Shown: positions 30,393-39,858, numbered from the stretch's first letter. The stretch is DNA of 59,293 nucleotides from a virus (IMGVR_UViG_3300029286_000042:1-59293), one strand, 5' to 3'. Notes: generated by a model from the sequence alone, not told the origin. Translations and numbers: made by a program.

Positions 30393-30419
30393 CTCCCTCC
30401 CGCCTGAACTCCTCAACCC

Positions 30420-30968
30420 CTACGCACTCGCCACGCCAAGCGCCTCCATCCTCCCATCAACCGGGAGGGCGAAAGGCGCCGAAAGGCGCTGCGACGCGAA
30501 CAGCTCAACCTGCGCCGCGTAGTAGCGGGAGAACGCAGAACGAACCGCCGCCCGGTTCTCGCCTTCCGCCAGCTCGCGGTATCCGACCTGCTTCGCCGCG
30601 CTGCGAATCGCAGGGTCAAGAGACAGGAACGTATCCCAAGCGCCGTCATCGAAGACCTGAGCGCGCTCAAGACCTTCGCGGCACGCCTTCACCGCGCGCT
30701 CGAACGCCTCACCCTCCGTCGGCTTCTCGGATTGAATCAGAGCCACCGCCTCCTGGTAGATCGCACCAGGCGCGAGAGGATAGCGCCGCGTGGCCTTCCG
30801 CACAGCACTCACCGTAGCCCGCAGCAAGAGATCGTCAGGGACGCCCGCGAACATCTCGTCCCACGTCTTCCACATCTCCTGCACGCTCTCCTCGTTATCA
30901 GGAAAGGTGAAACCGACGGTGGCATGCAACATCGACGCAGCTTTCAAGAGCCCAGCTTTGGTCGCCAT
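30420..30968 (-). CDS. Putative helicase loader/inhibitor (G39P-like)
   Basis: Lies between initiator and dnaB; W..MF..VP..L..A pattern. Confidence 0.55.
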   Translation of the reverse strand: MATKAGLLKAASMLHATVGFTFPDNEESVQEMWKTWDEMFAGVPDDLLLRATVSAVRKATRRYPLAPGAIYQEAVALIQSEKPTEGEAFERAVKACREGLERAQVFDDGAWDTFLSLDPAIRSAAKQVGYRELAEGENRAAVRSAFSRYYAAQVELFASQRLSAPFALPVDGRMEALGVASA

Positions 30969-30994
30969 CGCGTTTGTCCACCTCCTTGACGCTC

Positions 30995-31022
30995 AGTATA
31001 CCTGAGGACCACAATGAAACAA
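30995..31022 (-). promoter_or_regulatory. sigma70-like promoter (TCAGG class)
   Basis: TTGTTT-N16-TATACT with TCAGG before the -10. Confidence 0.5.
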
Positions 31023-31063
31023 AGCGCCACGCCCCGCATTGTTTCCCCGCCCCCTCTCGAATC

Positions 31064-32053
31064 TCATGCACCATCCGGCGACGACTCCCCCTCTTGCAGC
31101 CACCGCGTCGTGCCGTTCCGCGCCGCATCCATCGGGTCGAAGGACTTCCTCCCAGCGCGATCCCACTCCCTGGCCTCACCGAGATAGCCCGGGAACTTCT
31201 CCTGCCCGAAGATCGTCTGCGGGCGGTAGTAGCCTGACATTGCCGGGTCGCTCCCCCAGTGCGCGTGCTGATACTCCACGACGAGCAAGATGTCTTCGCG
31301 AGTCGCCCCTTCCGCCACCCGCGCCTTGAGCCCGCTGCCAACACGCCACCGCGCCGCGCCCGTCCTCCCGGTGAGCGCGTTCATCAGGTCCAGCGCCTCC
31401 ACTTCAACCGCTTCCGCCTGCGTCAGAGGATCGTCCACCGACTGCGGCTCCTCCCCTCTCCCTGCACCCTCACCCCCAGAACTAGACGAAGACCTAGAAC
31501 TAGACCTAGAACTAGATGTCGAAATAGCCCCCTGCCTCGCGGTCACGTCAAGGACTCCAGAAGGACTCCTCTCGGACTCCCCTGAAAGCCCTTCCGGACG
31601 CACTTCCATGCCGAAGAGAGTGTCGCTATGGCTCATCTCTTGAATCGAATGGAGTAGGTGTCGGAGGTTCGGCGCGTGCTCGCGGACCGCCGCGAACAGC
31701 CGGGCGATGAGCGGTGATCGAGGAAGCTGCCGAAGGTCGTCGATCGCCCCCTTCTCACAGGCCCCAGCCGACAGTCGATGCCACTTGAAGTAGGTAACGA
31801 CGAACACCAACCGCCCCGGCTCATCGAACGCGATCAGCCCGCGCCTCTCCAGCTCTGCGACCGCCTCTTCCACCTTTGCCAACGGCCACTCAAGATCGTC
31901 GGCCATGTACGGAAGTGGAAGCCTGTAGTAGCCCAGCATGTTCGCGTGCTTGTTCGCCAACAGGTACCCGAAGGCGAGCTTCCCTTGGTCAGATAGCCCG
32001 CGTACTGAAGGACTTTCCCACATCCTGCATTGGATCATCCCGAATGACAGCAT
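31064..32053 (-). CDS. Phage replication initiator / replisome organiser
   Basis: N-terminal wHTH-like domain (YLL.N.H.N..GYY), Ser-rich linker, C-terminal W..D..M..Y.RP.TIFG..KF.GYL domain. Confidence 0.8.
   Translation of the reverse strand: MLSFGMIQCRMWESPSVRGLSDQGKLAFGYLLANKHANMLGYYRLPLPYMADDLEWPLAKVEEAVAELERRGLIAFDEPGRLVFVVTYFKWHRLSAGACEKGAIDDLRQLPRSPLIARLFAAVREHAPNLRHLLHSIQEMSHSDTLFGMEVRPEGLSGESERSPSGVLDVTARQGAISTSSSRSSSRSSSSSGGEGAGRGEEPQSVDDPLTQAEAVEVEALDLMNALTGRTGAARWRVGSGLKARVAEGATREDILLVVEYQHAHWGSDPAMSGYYRPQTIFGQEKFPGYLGEAREWDRAGRKSFDPMDAARNGTTRWLQEGESSPDGA
31478..31580. repeat. Short direct repeats inside the initiator gene (candidate origin iterons)
   Basis: AGAACTAGA x3 (AGACCTAGAACT in tandem) and GGACTCC x3. 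Confidence 0.45.
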
Positions 32054-32146
32054 CCCCGCCCCTTCCCCTCTGAGTGGGAAGGCAGGCAAGGCCCTCCGCT
32101 CAGAGACAGGCTGTTGTCAGCCTACGGAGAGCCCGCCGCCCGTTTC

Positions 32147-32485
32147 TCATTCTTCCGCCGCCCCGAAAGAGAGCCGCAACTCTTCAGGCACCACCCGGAC
32201 GAGCTTGTAGCGCCAGTCCTTTGCCCCGAATCGCTTCGCCGGCTCCAGGCGCATGCCGTGTTCTGGTTTCGACTCCAACTCCCGGCGGATCGACGACATA
32301 TGCGTGGAGATCGCCGTCGTCAGCCCACAGACCCGAACCACCTCACCCGCCGACACGTACTCGCCAAGGTGAGCGTAGAGTAGTCTGAAGATCTGCTCTT
32401 CAACCGTTCCCGGATGAGTGATCGACCCGCCGAGATGCCCTTTGCCACGCTCCGCATTGCGAACCCGCTCGCTCCGCTCCTCCAT
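32147..32485 (-). CDS. Putative HTH DNA-binding protein
   Basis: EQIFRLL..GEYVS..ISTHMSSIRREL winged-helix-like pattern. Confidence 0.55.
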   Translation of the reverse strand: MEERSERVRNAERGKGHLGGSITHPGTVEEQIFRLLYAHLGEYVSAGEVVRVCGLTTAISTHMSSIRRELESKPEHGMRLEPAKRFGAKDWRYKLVRVVPEELRLSFGAAEE

Positions 32486-32621
32486 CTTCCCCCCACTTCC
32501 CCCGCCCTAGACTCCCACCATACGGCTCGCCCGGCGTCGGTACAACGTCACCCCCACATCTCCACCGCCAAGCCAAGCGAACCGATTCCCGGCCCCTCCC
32601 CCTTCACCATACGCCCCGCCA

Positions 32622-32948
32622 TCACCGAGTCGACGCCCCCACAATCTCGTCGCGGATCACACACCGCGAAGCGCGTTGCCGAGACTTCTGGAAGCGCCTA
32701 TGCGCTCGCACCACCCTCAACCCTTCCGCCGTCAGCTTCGCGTGGAAGTACGGCAGGCGCCCCGCTCCGTCGTAGTCGCGAGTGCAAGCCGTGATCTCAA
32801 TGAGGCGCGGTGCGTGCTGTTCAACGAGCCGCAACTCCTCCGCCTCGCGGCGCCCGAACACGTCGACGCCACCGACCACCCCCAGGAGTACGTTGTAGAC
32901 GTCTCGCGGAAACTCTATCTGTACGTCGTCCTTCTCCTCTCGGCTCAT
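32622..32948 (-). CDS. Hypothetical protein
   Basis: ATGA overlap with the ATPase gene. Confidence 0.5.
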   Translation of the reverse strand: MSREEKDDVQIEFPRDVYNVLLGVVGGVDVFGRREAEELRLVEQHAPRLIEITACTRDYDGAGRLPYFHAKLTAEGLRVVRAHRRFQKSRQRASRCVIRDEIVGASTR

Positions 32949-34291
32949 GCCTTTTCGCCCTCCTCTTCAACGACGACCCCCTGGTTCATCGTGAACGAGA
33001 CTTCAGGACCGGAACCGACCCGCGCCATGAGCACGAGCTTCCCAACCTTCTCCGCAGCCCCCTTGATACGGAGAAGCGCATGCGCATCGAAGACAGACCC
33101 TTCGTCGACAATGATCGCCGGCGCCCTCGGGTTCAGCGCAGCCGCCAGGTAGACGGCGACCTCCGCCTTCTCCCCCGTCGACGCCTGGGCGAACGGCACG
33201 CCGTTGTAGAGGAGCCCTCCATCCTTGAACGTCAAGCCCTCCACTCCGAAGCTCGCCTTCGCAATCGCCTCTTGCCGACTCCGGTCGTGCGCCGCGAGCT
33301 GGTTGGACAACTCCTCGGCAAAGGACACCGCCGCGCGATACTCGTCTCCGAGCTTCCCGCGCTTCTCCTGCTCGCGGACGCGATCGTTGATCCACCCGGC
33401 CTCTCGGATGCGAGTGGAAATAGAATCTGTCTCCTCATCCTCCAATGCCTCGGCCCGCATCACCTGCTCGTTCGTCTCCTCCGTCAGCTTCGAGAGCTGA
33501 TCGTCGAGTGTCGACAGCACCCGGCTCTGCTCCTCCTTCTTCGCCATCAGGTCGTCGATCTGCTCGGTGATCCGGTCGATCTCCCCCGCCGTCTGCCGGC
33601 GCACATCCTCTGCCGTCCGCAGAGTTCGCAGCGCATCCTTCCCCTTCTCGCGCTGGCGATCCTTCTCCCGGTTCTCCGCGTGCCGCCGATCGAGTTCTTG
33701 CGTCAACGCCGTGACATCCACCGGCTCGACTGGCTCATCCAACGGCAACAGGGCGAGCGCCCCCTCCAGCCGCTTGACCTCAGCGTTCGCCACAGTCCGA
33801 CGACTGTAGATCTCCTCTCTCGTCTTCTTGAATTGCGCCGGGTTGATGCCGGCAGCCAGCGCGCACACCTCATCGACTTCGCCTGGCTTCATCTGCAAGA
33901 ACCTCGATGGATCGAATGCCGGGATCGCTCCATCCTCCCCACCGAAGAGGCGCTGGAGAACCTGCGCCGGCGGCTCCATCCGCGTCCCATCCTTCTTCCG
34001 TACAGTGAACGTCGGGCGCTTCCCAGGCTTCCACTCCCGGCGCACCACCAGATCCGTGAACCGGCTTTCGACGAAGCCTTCATCCGTCCCCAAGCGAAGC
34101 GGCGCATCTGGCATGTTCCGCGCCCCGTAGATGCACGCGGTCACCACGCCAAGCGCCGAACTCTTCCCCGCCCCATTCTCCCCACCGAAGATGATGAGGT
34201 CACCACGCGTCGTGAAGTCGACGTCAACCCTCACCAAGCCCAAGTAGTTTGCCGCCGCGATGCCCTCTAGCTTCTGACCTTCCTCTGACAT
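32945..34291 (-). CDS. SMC/SbcC-like ABC-type ATPase with coiled coil
   Basis: GENGAGKSS Walker A, long coiled coil, ASTGE signature, IIVDEG Walker B. Confidence 0.85.
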   Translation of the reverse strand: MSEEGQKLEGIAAANYLGLVRVDVDFTTRGDLIIFGGENGAGKSSALGVVTACIYGARNMPDAPLRLGTDEGFVESRFTDLVVRREWKPGKRPTFTVRKKDGTRMEPPAQVLQRLFGGEDGAIPAFDPSRFLQMKPGEVDEVCALAAGINPAQFKKTREEIYSRRTVANAEVKRLEGALALLPLDEPVEPVDVTALTQELDRRHAENREKDRQREKGKDALRTLRTAEDVRRQTAGEIDRITEQIDDLMAKKEEQSRVLSTLDDQLSKLTEETNEQVMRAEALEDEETDSISTRIREAGWINDRVREQEKRGKLGDEYRAAVSFAEELSNQLAAHDRSRQEAIAKASFGVEGLTFKDGGLLYNGVPFAQASTGEKAEVAVYLAAALNPRAPAIIVDEGSVFDAHALLRIKGAAEKVGKLVLMARVGSGPEVSFTMNQGVVVEEEGEKA

Positions 34292-34489
34292 GCTCCGCTC
34301 CTCCTCTCTCCCTCACAACAGACTGCACGGCTGGCCGGATTCCCCACTCGGCTCCGCGACTGATGCCACGTAGCGAACGTAGCCACTGGGCGCTGTTCTG
34401 ATTGCAGGCCCTCAAACGCTCCCGTCAGGGACGCCGACCTTGCCACGCCCAGCCTTACCCGGTGCTGACGCACCGCAACCCCGCAGTCC

Positions 34490-35485
34490 CTACTCCACCG
34501 CCGTCGGCCCCGGAGTCCCGCTGAGCGGCGTCACCTTCCGCTGCCAGAAGCGCGTATCTTTGACCTGATACCCTGCCCGCTCGATCCACTTCCCCTCAAC
34601 CAACCAGTCGCCGACGATCGCGACCTTCCCCTCCAGCAACTCCTTGAGTCGCTTGTCGACTGCGTTGTACTCCGCCTGCCCTTCCTTCAGCGCGAAGTAG
34701 CGACGTAGCAGTTCCTCGATCTCCGCGTTCTGCTCGATCGACAGGCCCGGAGAATCCGAGCAGATCGTCGGCTTGCAATCCAGCATATGCGAGCAGCGCC
34801 GGCACTCCCCCGACTCCAATCGGTCAGGCGCCTCGCCCGAGGCGACCGCCCGGTTCACCTCGCGGAGCTTCGCCTCGATCCGAGCGAAACGCTCCTCGTC
34901 GTAGGTCACCCAAGTGCCCTTGAGATCGAGAGCGATCTTGTTCTTCGGCACGAGCAGCCCGTGGAAGCTCTCATCCATCCGCAAGTAGCACGTCATCTGG
35001 TCGACGTACCCGCGGTGCCACGCATGGTCAGAGCGCGTGAAGTCCTCGACGCTGTTCACCCCAGCGTAGAGCCACGGCGACATGGACTTCACATCGAACG
35101 GCACCACCGCGAAGTCACCGGTCGCCGCATCCCGAGGCCAGTCGTCCAGTTCATCCGGCGCGAACAACTCAGGGCGCGGCACCATCTTCCCGTCGATATG
35201 CCCAGAGAGCTGAAGGTCGGCCAGCCAGAACGGTCGCTGTTGCTCGACGATCCGGAAGCCCATCCTCTGAAGCGCAGCGACCGCCGTATCCTCCTGCGCA
35301 TCTCCCTCAGCGAAGATCTGCAAGAGCCCGACATCCGGCAGCAACGCCGTCTGCCACGCCGTGCGGTCGTAGAACAGTCGCCGCACGCAGTCCGTACCAA
35401 CACTCGACGCCCGGTTCGCGTGGCACGGCCTTGGCTCTCGGTCCGCTTCCATCACCTTGAGAAGCCGTTTCCTTAGATCGAACAC
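34490..35485 (-). CDS. Cas4-like PD-(D/E)XK exonuclease with 4-Cys cluster
   Basis: ASSVG.DC.RRL.Y, SGHIDG, DVKS, QxxxY, CRRCSHMLDC; GTG start at 35485 with GAAGGAGG RBS. Confidence 0.85.
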   Translation of the reverse strand: MFDLRKRLLKVMEADREPRPCHANRASSVGTDCVRRLFYDRTAWQTALLPDVGLLQIFAEGDAQEDTAVAALQRMGFRIVEQQRPFWLADLQLSGHIDGKMVPRPELFAPDELDDWPRDAATGDFAVVPFDVKSMSPWLYAGVNSVEDFTRSDHAWHRGYVDQMTCYLRMDESFHGLLVPKNKIALDLKGTWVTYDEERFARIEAKLREVNRAVASGEAPDRLESGECRRCSHMLDCKPTICSDSPGLSIEQNAEIEELLRRYFALKEGQAEYNAVDKRLKELLEGKVAIVGDWLVEGKWIERAGYQVKDTRFWQRKVTPLSGTPGPTAVE

Positions 35486-35683
35486 GACACCCCACCTCCT
35501 TCGGACAACTGCCTGCCGGAGTTCCCCGGCCCGGTTTCCGCCCATCCCGGCGCTCGCCCATTGACCCCGTTCAGCAGACTGGTCGGCCTTGAAAGCAGCG
35601 CCACCCAACGAGCACGCTGCACATCCCGAACGGCTTGCGCCACCGGCACCCGCGAGGCAGTTGTTCCTCTTCACGCCTCCCCG

Positions 35684-36550
35684 CTACTTCGCGCCCTCTC
35701 CCGCCGCCTTCTGGAACGCCGTATAGAGCTTGCTCACCTTGTCGAGGTTGATCTCCAACCTCTTCCCACGGAGCCGCGCGACGTCACGGACACCACGCAC
35801 GTCGCTGAACGCCGACAGCTTCTCCAACTGGTCCATGGCCGCCTGTTCGTTGCCCCCATTCATCTCGACGAGCATCTGCTTGATCCTCGTCTGCGTGGCG
35901 ACATCTTCCGGCGTCGCCTCCGTCTGCGCCCCGCGGTAGTCGACGCGCTTCGCTTGATCCTTTGTGATCTTCGCTTCCGCCAGATCCTCCCACGTCAAGC
36001 CACGCAACCCGAGGATGCGGGTGATCGCGCCCACCTCGCCGTTGGTGTACGCACCCTTCGCCACATCCGCCTCGTCGATCTCTTCGATCAGCCGAAGCTC
36101 CGTCCCCTTCTTCGCGTAGAACGGATCGCTAGAGGAGCGAGTTCCGATGACCTCGATCTCCCTCCCCCAAGGGGTGCGGATGACGAGCGTGCAACTCATG
36201 ATGAAATGCCCCGCCGCCCCCGTCGGTGTCTTCTGAATCGGCCCCTTGATCGCCCAGGACAACCGGAAGACGTCGGCCACCTTCTCCGCGCCAGGCGCCG
36301 TCAGGTACGGAGCGCCGCCCTGGTCGACCCAGTCATCCTGCGCCGTCAACCGCAACGCCGCGAGCTTGATGCGCTTGTAGGCCTCTGCCCGCTTGTCCGC
36401 AGTCTCAGCCATGTGCAGAAGCATGTCCGTATCCTCGATCCCGAGGACCGTCGTTCCACCACGCCGCTCGACAAGCTCCGCGCCTTCCGCCTGCGGCACG
36501 TCATCGTCGGACGGCCTTTGCCCTGCCCAGAATGTTCCTTCGCCCGCCAT
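35684..36550 (-). CDS. Putative single-strand annealing/recombination protein
   Basis: Position next to exonuclease and ATPase; DW..G..PYL..GAEK motif; family not confirmed. Confidence 0.5.
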   Translation of the reverse strand: MAGEGTFWAGQRPSDDDVPQAEGAELVERRGGTTVLGIEDTDMLLHMAETADKRAEAYKRIKLAALRLTAQDDWVDQGGAPYLTAPGAEKVADVFRLSWAIKGPIQKTPTGAAGHFIMSCTLVIRTPWGREIEVIGTRSSSDPFYAKKGTELRLIEEIDEADVAKGAYTNGEVGAITRILGLRGLTWEDLAEAKITKDQAKRVDYRGAQTEATPEDVATQTRIKQMLVEMNGGNEQAAMDQLEKLSAFSDVRGVRDVARLRGKRLEINLDKVSKLYTAFQKAAGEGAK

Positions 36551-36565
36551 GCCTTTCCCCCTTAG

Positions 36566-36745
36566 CTAGTCGCGGATGATTGCCCGCGGATACTCGGTGA
36601 AGACCCCACGCAGCTTGTCGAGGTAGATCTCAAGCGGCTTCGTCTTCGCCTTCTCGTAGTTGTTCACCGTGTCCTGGTTCATGCCCGCCAACTCCGCGAG
36701 CAGGCGCATCGACCACCTCGCCCCCGTCGGCTTGCGCCGCGCCAT
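36566..36745 (-). CDS. Small XRE-type HTH protein
   Basis: WSMRLLAELAGMNQDTVNNYEK..KP. Confidence 0.65.
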   Translation of the reverse strand: MARRKPTGARWSMRLLAELAGMNQDTVNNYEKAKTKPLEIYLDKLRGVFTEYPRAIIRD

Positions 36746-36782
36746 CCGTTCCTCACGAATCCACCCCCCGGCCCCGCACGCC

Positions 36783-37649
36783 TTATCCGATGGGTGCGTC
36801 TCCGGTGTGACCTTCTGCTGGACTCCTCTCCGTGTTGACGTCACTTCCCTCCTCCTCCTTTGGTCCACCAGGCCCCGTAGGCCCCGGCCCGTCCTGACAC
36901 CCCTCCGGTCCCTCCGGCCCAAGAGGACCAGGTTGGCCCTCCTCCGGCCCGACTTCGACAATCTCCAAGAGCCCCGCCGCTCTCCACTCATCCATCGCGC
37001 TCGGCATCGTCCGCATGTCATCAGGCTTCGTGTAGAAGACGTCCGTGACGTAGGCGTACCCGAAGATGACAGGCCCCTTCGACTCTGTCCCGTCCGGGTT
37101 GCGAATTGTCCCCGCCTTGTGTGCGAGGAAGACGCGCGTATATCCCGGCAGGATGCGAGGCGGCTTTCGCATCGCCAGTCGCTTGTTGAGTCCCTGGAGG
37201 ACAACTTCATCGACGAAGTGCTGCGGCGTCGGGTAGTAGCTTTCGCCGACCCACATCAGCAAGTCGAACGCCTCCATCGCCTCGACGAGCGGCCGAACGC
37301 TGACCGACGCCTCCTGCCGCAACGCAGGGGCAAGCCACGCCGCCAGTCGGAAGTCGTGGCGCTGCTCTTCCGTCTCGAACGCGATTCCACACCGCACCCC
37401 GAAGTCGCTCGCGTACCCGGCGTTCGCATCATCACTCCACGGCAAGACGGTCACCGGCCCCAGCAACGTGTCGAACTGAAGCCCGTTGATCGCCTTCCAT
37501 CCCCTGAAGTGCTCCTCCGGCCACGGAAGCGCCGGCTCGAACAGCACGATCGGCGGCAAGACTCCGCCCTCCGAAACCTCGCTGTGGAGATAGACGGCGC
37601 CCTTCTTCAAGTGCCCGCAGCCGCGCTGCTTGTTTACAAGTACCCGCAT
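36783..37649 (-). CDS. Hypothetical protein
   Basis: RGCG..K.G.VYL, LMWVGE..Y..P..F..E..G..KR; promoter upstream. Confidence 0.65.
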   Translation of the reverse strand: MRVLVNKQRGCGHLKKGAVYLHSEVSEGGVLPPIVLFEPALPWPEEHFRGWKAINGLQFDTLLGPVTVLPWSDDANAGYASDFGVRCGIAFETEEQRHDFRLAAWLAPALRQEASVSVRPLVEAMEAFDLLMWVGESYYPTPQHFVDEVVLQGLNKRLAMRKPPRILPGYTRVFLAHKAGTIRNPDGTESKGPVIFGYAYVTDVFYTKPDDMRTMPSAMDEWRAAGLLEIVEVGPEEGQPGPLGPEGPEGCQDGPGPTGPGGPKEEEGSDVNTERSPAEGHTGDAPIG

Positions 37650-37698
37650 GCCCGCTCCTTTGCTCCCTCTCGGTATTCTTCCGCAATCCAGCTTCGTT

Positions 37699-37727
37699 AT
37701 TCTACCTGAACAGTCAGGCACATTCAA
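37699..37727 (-). promoter_or_regulatory. sigma70-like promoter (TCAGG class)
   Basis: TTGAAT-N17-TAGAAT with TCAGG before the -10. Confidence 0.55.
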
Positions 37728-37770
37728 CCCGGACCGCCCAACGCTTTCGTGACAGCGACCACCTCCCCCG

Positions 37771-38402
37771 TCAACGGAGACGCGAATCGTGCATCTTCAG
37801 AGCCGAGACGATTCCTTCCTCCTCCACCCGACGGCGCACCGCACTCAGCGCCGCCTCGATCTCTCTGTGGAATGGGAGCCAAGCGATTGCCCCTGCCCTC
37901 TTCCCCGCCTCCCACGGAGAACCTTCGCCGCACTCCGGGAACTTCTCTGGAAGAGGCTTGAGCGCCCTGCACCCCGTCGGCCTCTCTTCGAACGACCATG
38001 CGCACCCATTCGGCCCGAGGAACACGCACGGCGTCTCCCGCCACGAAGCGTGCGTCGGCCATGTCCCATCCCTCCCCATAGGTCGGAGGTACCAGCCACG
38101 CCCCACCAGATCGTCGCATGGCCGTCGCCCTTCCCGAGAGAGCGCCGCCCGGTACTCTTCCCCTGGAACTCCGACGGCTTCAGACGGCGGCGAGGATCGC
38201 CCTCCCACCAATCGAACGTGAAGCCGCCCGTCCACAGAATCCGGGCCAGCGCATCGCCCATCGTCTGCTCGCCAGGGAGGAGCTGGACATCCTGCGGCCA
38301 GACGGCCCCCGGATACCGCTTGCAGCACTCTCCTCTACACTCCGCACAGCACGGCGCCGCGTCGTAGTAGAGCCCCGTGGTAGAGATCACGGCGCGCGTC
38401 AT
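37771..38402 (-). pseudogene. YkgJ/CxxCxxxCC cysteine-cluster protein split by a frameshift near 38160
   Basis: N-part CAECRGECC in ORF 37845..38402; C-part CVFL..GC..RPTGCR in ORF 37771..38328; adding one G to the G4 run joins them. Confidence 0.65.
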
Positions 38403-38887
38403 CCGCCCTCTCCCTCATCCTCAACGATCACCGTCCGCCCCGCTGCCCACTCGTTCCACTCACTCACAGAACACGCGAAGCCCACAGCCTCCCCAGGACG
38501 CGAGAAGGCGACGATGTGCTTCCCACGATGGCGAACGACACGATCCTCGATCGTCTCCGGCGCCCCCTCCTTTGCCGGCTGGCTCGCCTTCAGATGGTCG
38601 CCAGTTTGCGGGTCCCGTCGCGGGTCGCGTTCCTCATCACACACCGTGCACCGCATGACGGCGTACTCGGCAGGCGCCGTGCATGTTCGCTTCATCGTGT
38701 GCGGGAACCCGTTGAGGCAGTCCGCTTTGAACAGGTCGTGAGAGATCGAGATCGACGCCGTGTAGCCGAATGTCTTGCCGCACGCCCAGCACACCTGCTC
38801 GAAGACCTTCCCCTCTGTGTAGCCGTAGCCGTCGTCGTGGCAGATGTCCACCTCAGCCGTACAGTACGGGCAGCGATCTTCTGTCAC
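38399..38887 (-). CDS. Zinc-ribbon hypothetical protein
   Basis: CPYC..CWAC..CTVC. Confidence 0.6.
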   Translation of the reverse strand: MTEDRCPYCTAEVDICHDDGYGYTEGKVFEQVCWACGKTFGYTASISISHDLFKADCLNGFPHTMKRTCTAPAEYAVMRCTVCDEERDPRRDPQTGDHLKASQPAKEGAPETIEDRVVRHRGKHIVAFSRPGEAVGFACSVSEWNEWAAGRTVIVEDEGEGG

Positions 38888-39348
38888 GTATCCCCCTTCT
38901 CCTCTCCCAAGAACTCCAGCGCATCGCCCAAGAACTCCCGCACCAACCATCGCAAGTCTGGGTCGACAAGGACGTTCAGCGCCCGGCGGATCGCATCAGG
39001 CGCATCCTTCGGCCCTTCTGCGTGCAGGCTTCTCTTCCCCTCCTTCGCCTTCGTGATCGGTTCAAGGACGCGCCCGACGCCGTGGCACTGTGAGCACTCT
39101 TCCAACCTCACACGCACCAAGTCCGCGACCGGGAACTCCAAGACATCTCCCGGCCCCGCGTAGCTCTGAGTGCCACCCCCCAAGACAAGTCGTTCCGTCT
39201 TGAACTGGTCGAGAGGCAAGGCGAAGCGCTTGCACACCTCCACCATGCAAGTGACGGTCTCCCCCCCATCGTCGCGGAGCGCCATGAGCTTCGAGCCTGT
39301 TGTGATGTGGATCAGCTGCTCGTTCGCCGTCGCCTTCGTCCTCGTCAT
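38884..39348 (-). CDS. Hypothetical protein (CxxCxGxG)
   Basis: Coupled ORF. Confidence 0.55.
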   Translation of the reverse strand: MTRTKATANEQLIHITTGSKLMALRDDGGETVTCMVEVCKRFALPLDQFKTERLVLGGGTQSYAGPGDVLEFPVADLVRVRLEECSQCHGVGRVLEPITKAKEGKRSLHAEGPKDAPDAIRRALNVLVDPDLRWLVREFLGDALEFLGEEKGDT

Positions 39349-39672
39349 TCCGCCACCACCAACAGCCCCGCCTCCACCAGCCCCGCAAGGACTTCATCCG
39401 CGAACCGCCCATCGACCCACAACGTCACGCCGAGCCACTGCCAGCCCTCGCTCACCAATCGCTCGTTGATCCACTCCCTGGCGTCATCGGAGTGAAGCCA
39501 ACCATCGACCCTGAGCGCGCACACCGCACGTCGGCAACTGCCTCCGCCCGTTGGCTCACTTCACAACCTCCCACGGCCCAAGCCACTTGATGACCCGGTA
39601 CTTCTTCAGCATCTCCGCACCTCCTCAGGAAGAAGGCCGAGGCCGTCACCAGGCCCCGGCCCTTCCCGTCCG

Positions 39673-39858
39673 CTACTTCCTCGCCTCCTCGCGGTCGAGG
39701 TATTGGAGGATCGCGTCAACGACGAGATAGTTGACCGAGCGGTCCTTCTTCGCGCCGAGCGCCAAGAGCCGTTGGATTGGCTCTTTCGGCAGCTTCGACT
39801 TCGGGATGTAGATCGACAGCTTGTCGAGCAATTCCTTCTTTGGCATCTCTCCGCTCAC
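39673..39858 (-). CDS. Ribbon-helix-helix DNA-binding protein
   Basis: KLSIYIP..RL..LG..DRSVNYLVVDAI..YL. Confidence 0.75.
   Translation of the reverse strand: MSGEMPKKELLDKLSIYIPKSKLPKEPIQRLLALGAKKDRSVNYLVVDAILQYLDREEARK

Noticed and set aside
34490-35485. CRISPR-Cas system around the Cas4-like gene
   Set aside because: No repeat-spacer array and no cas1/cas2/effector genes; the context is a phage recombination module
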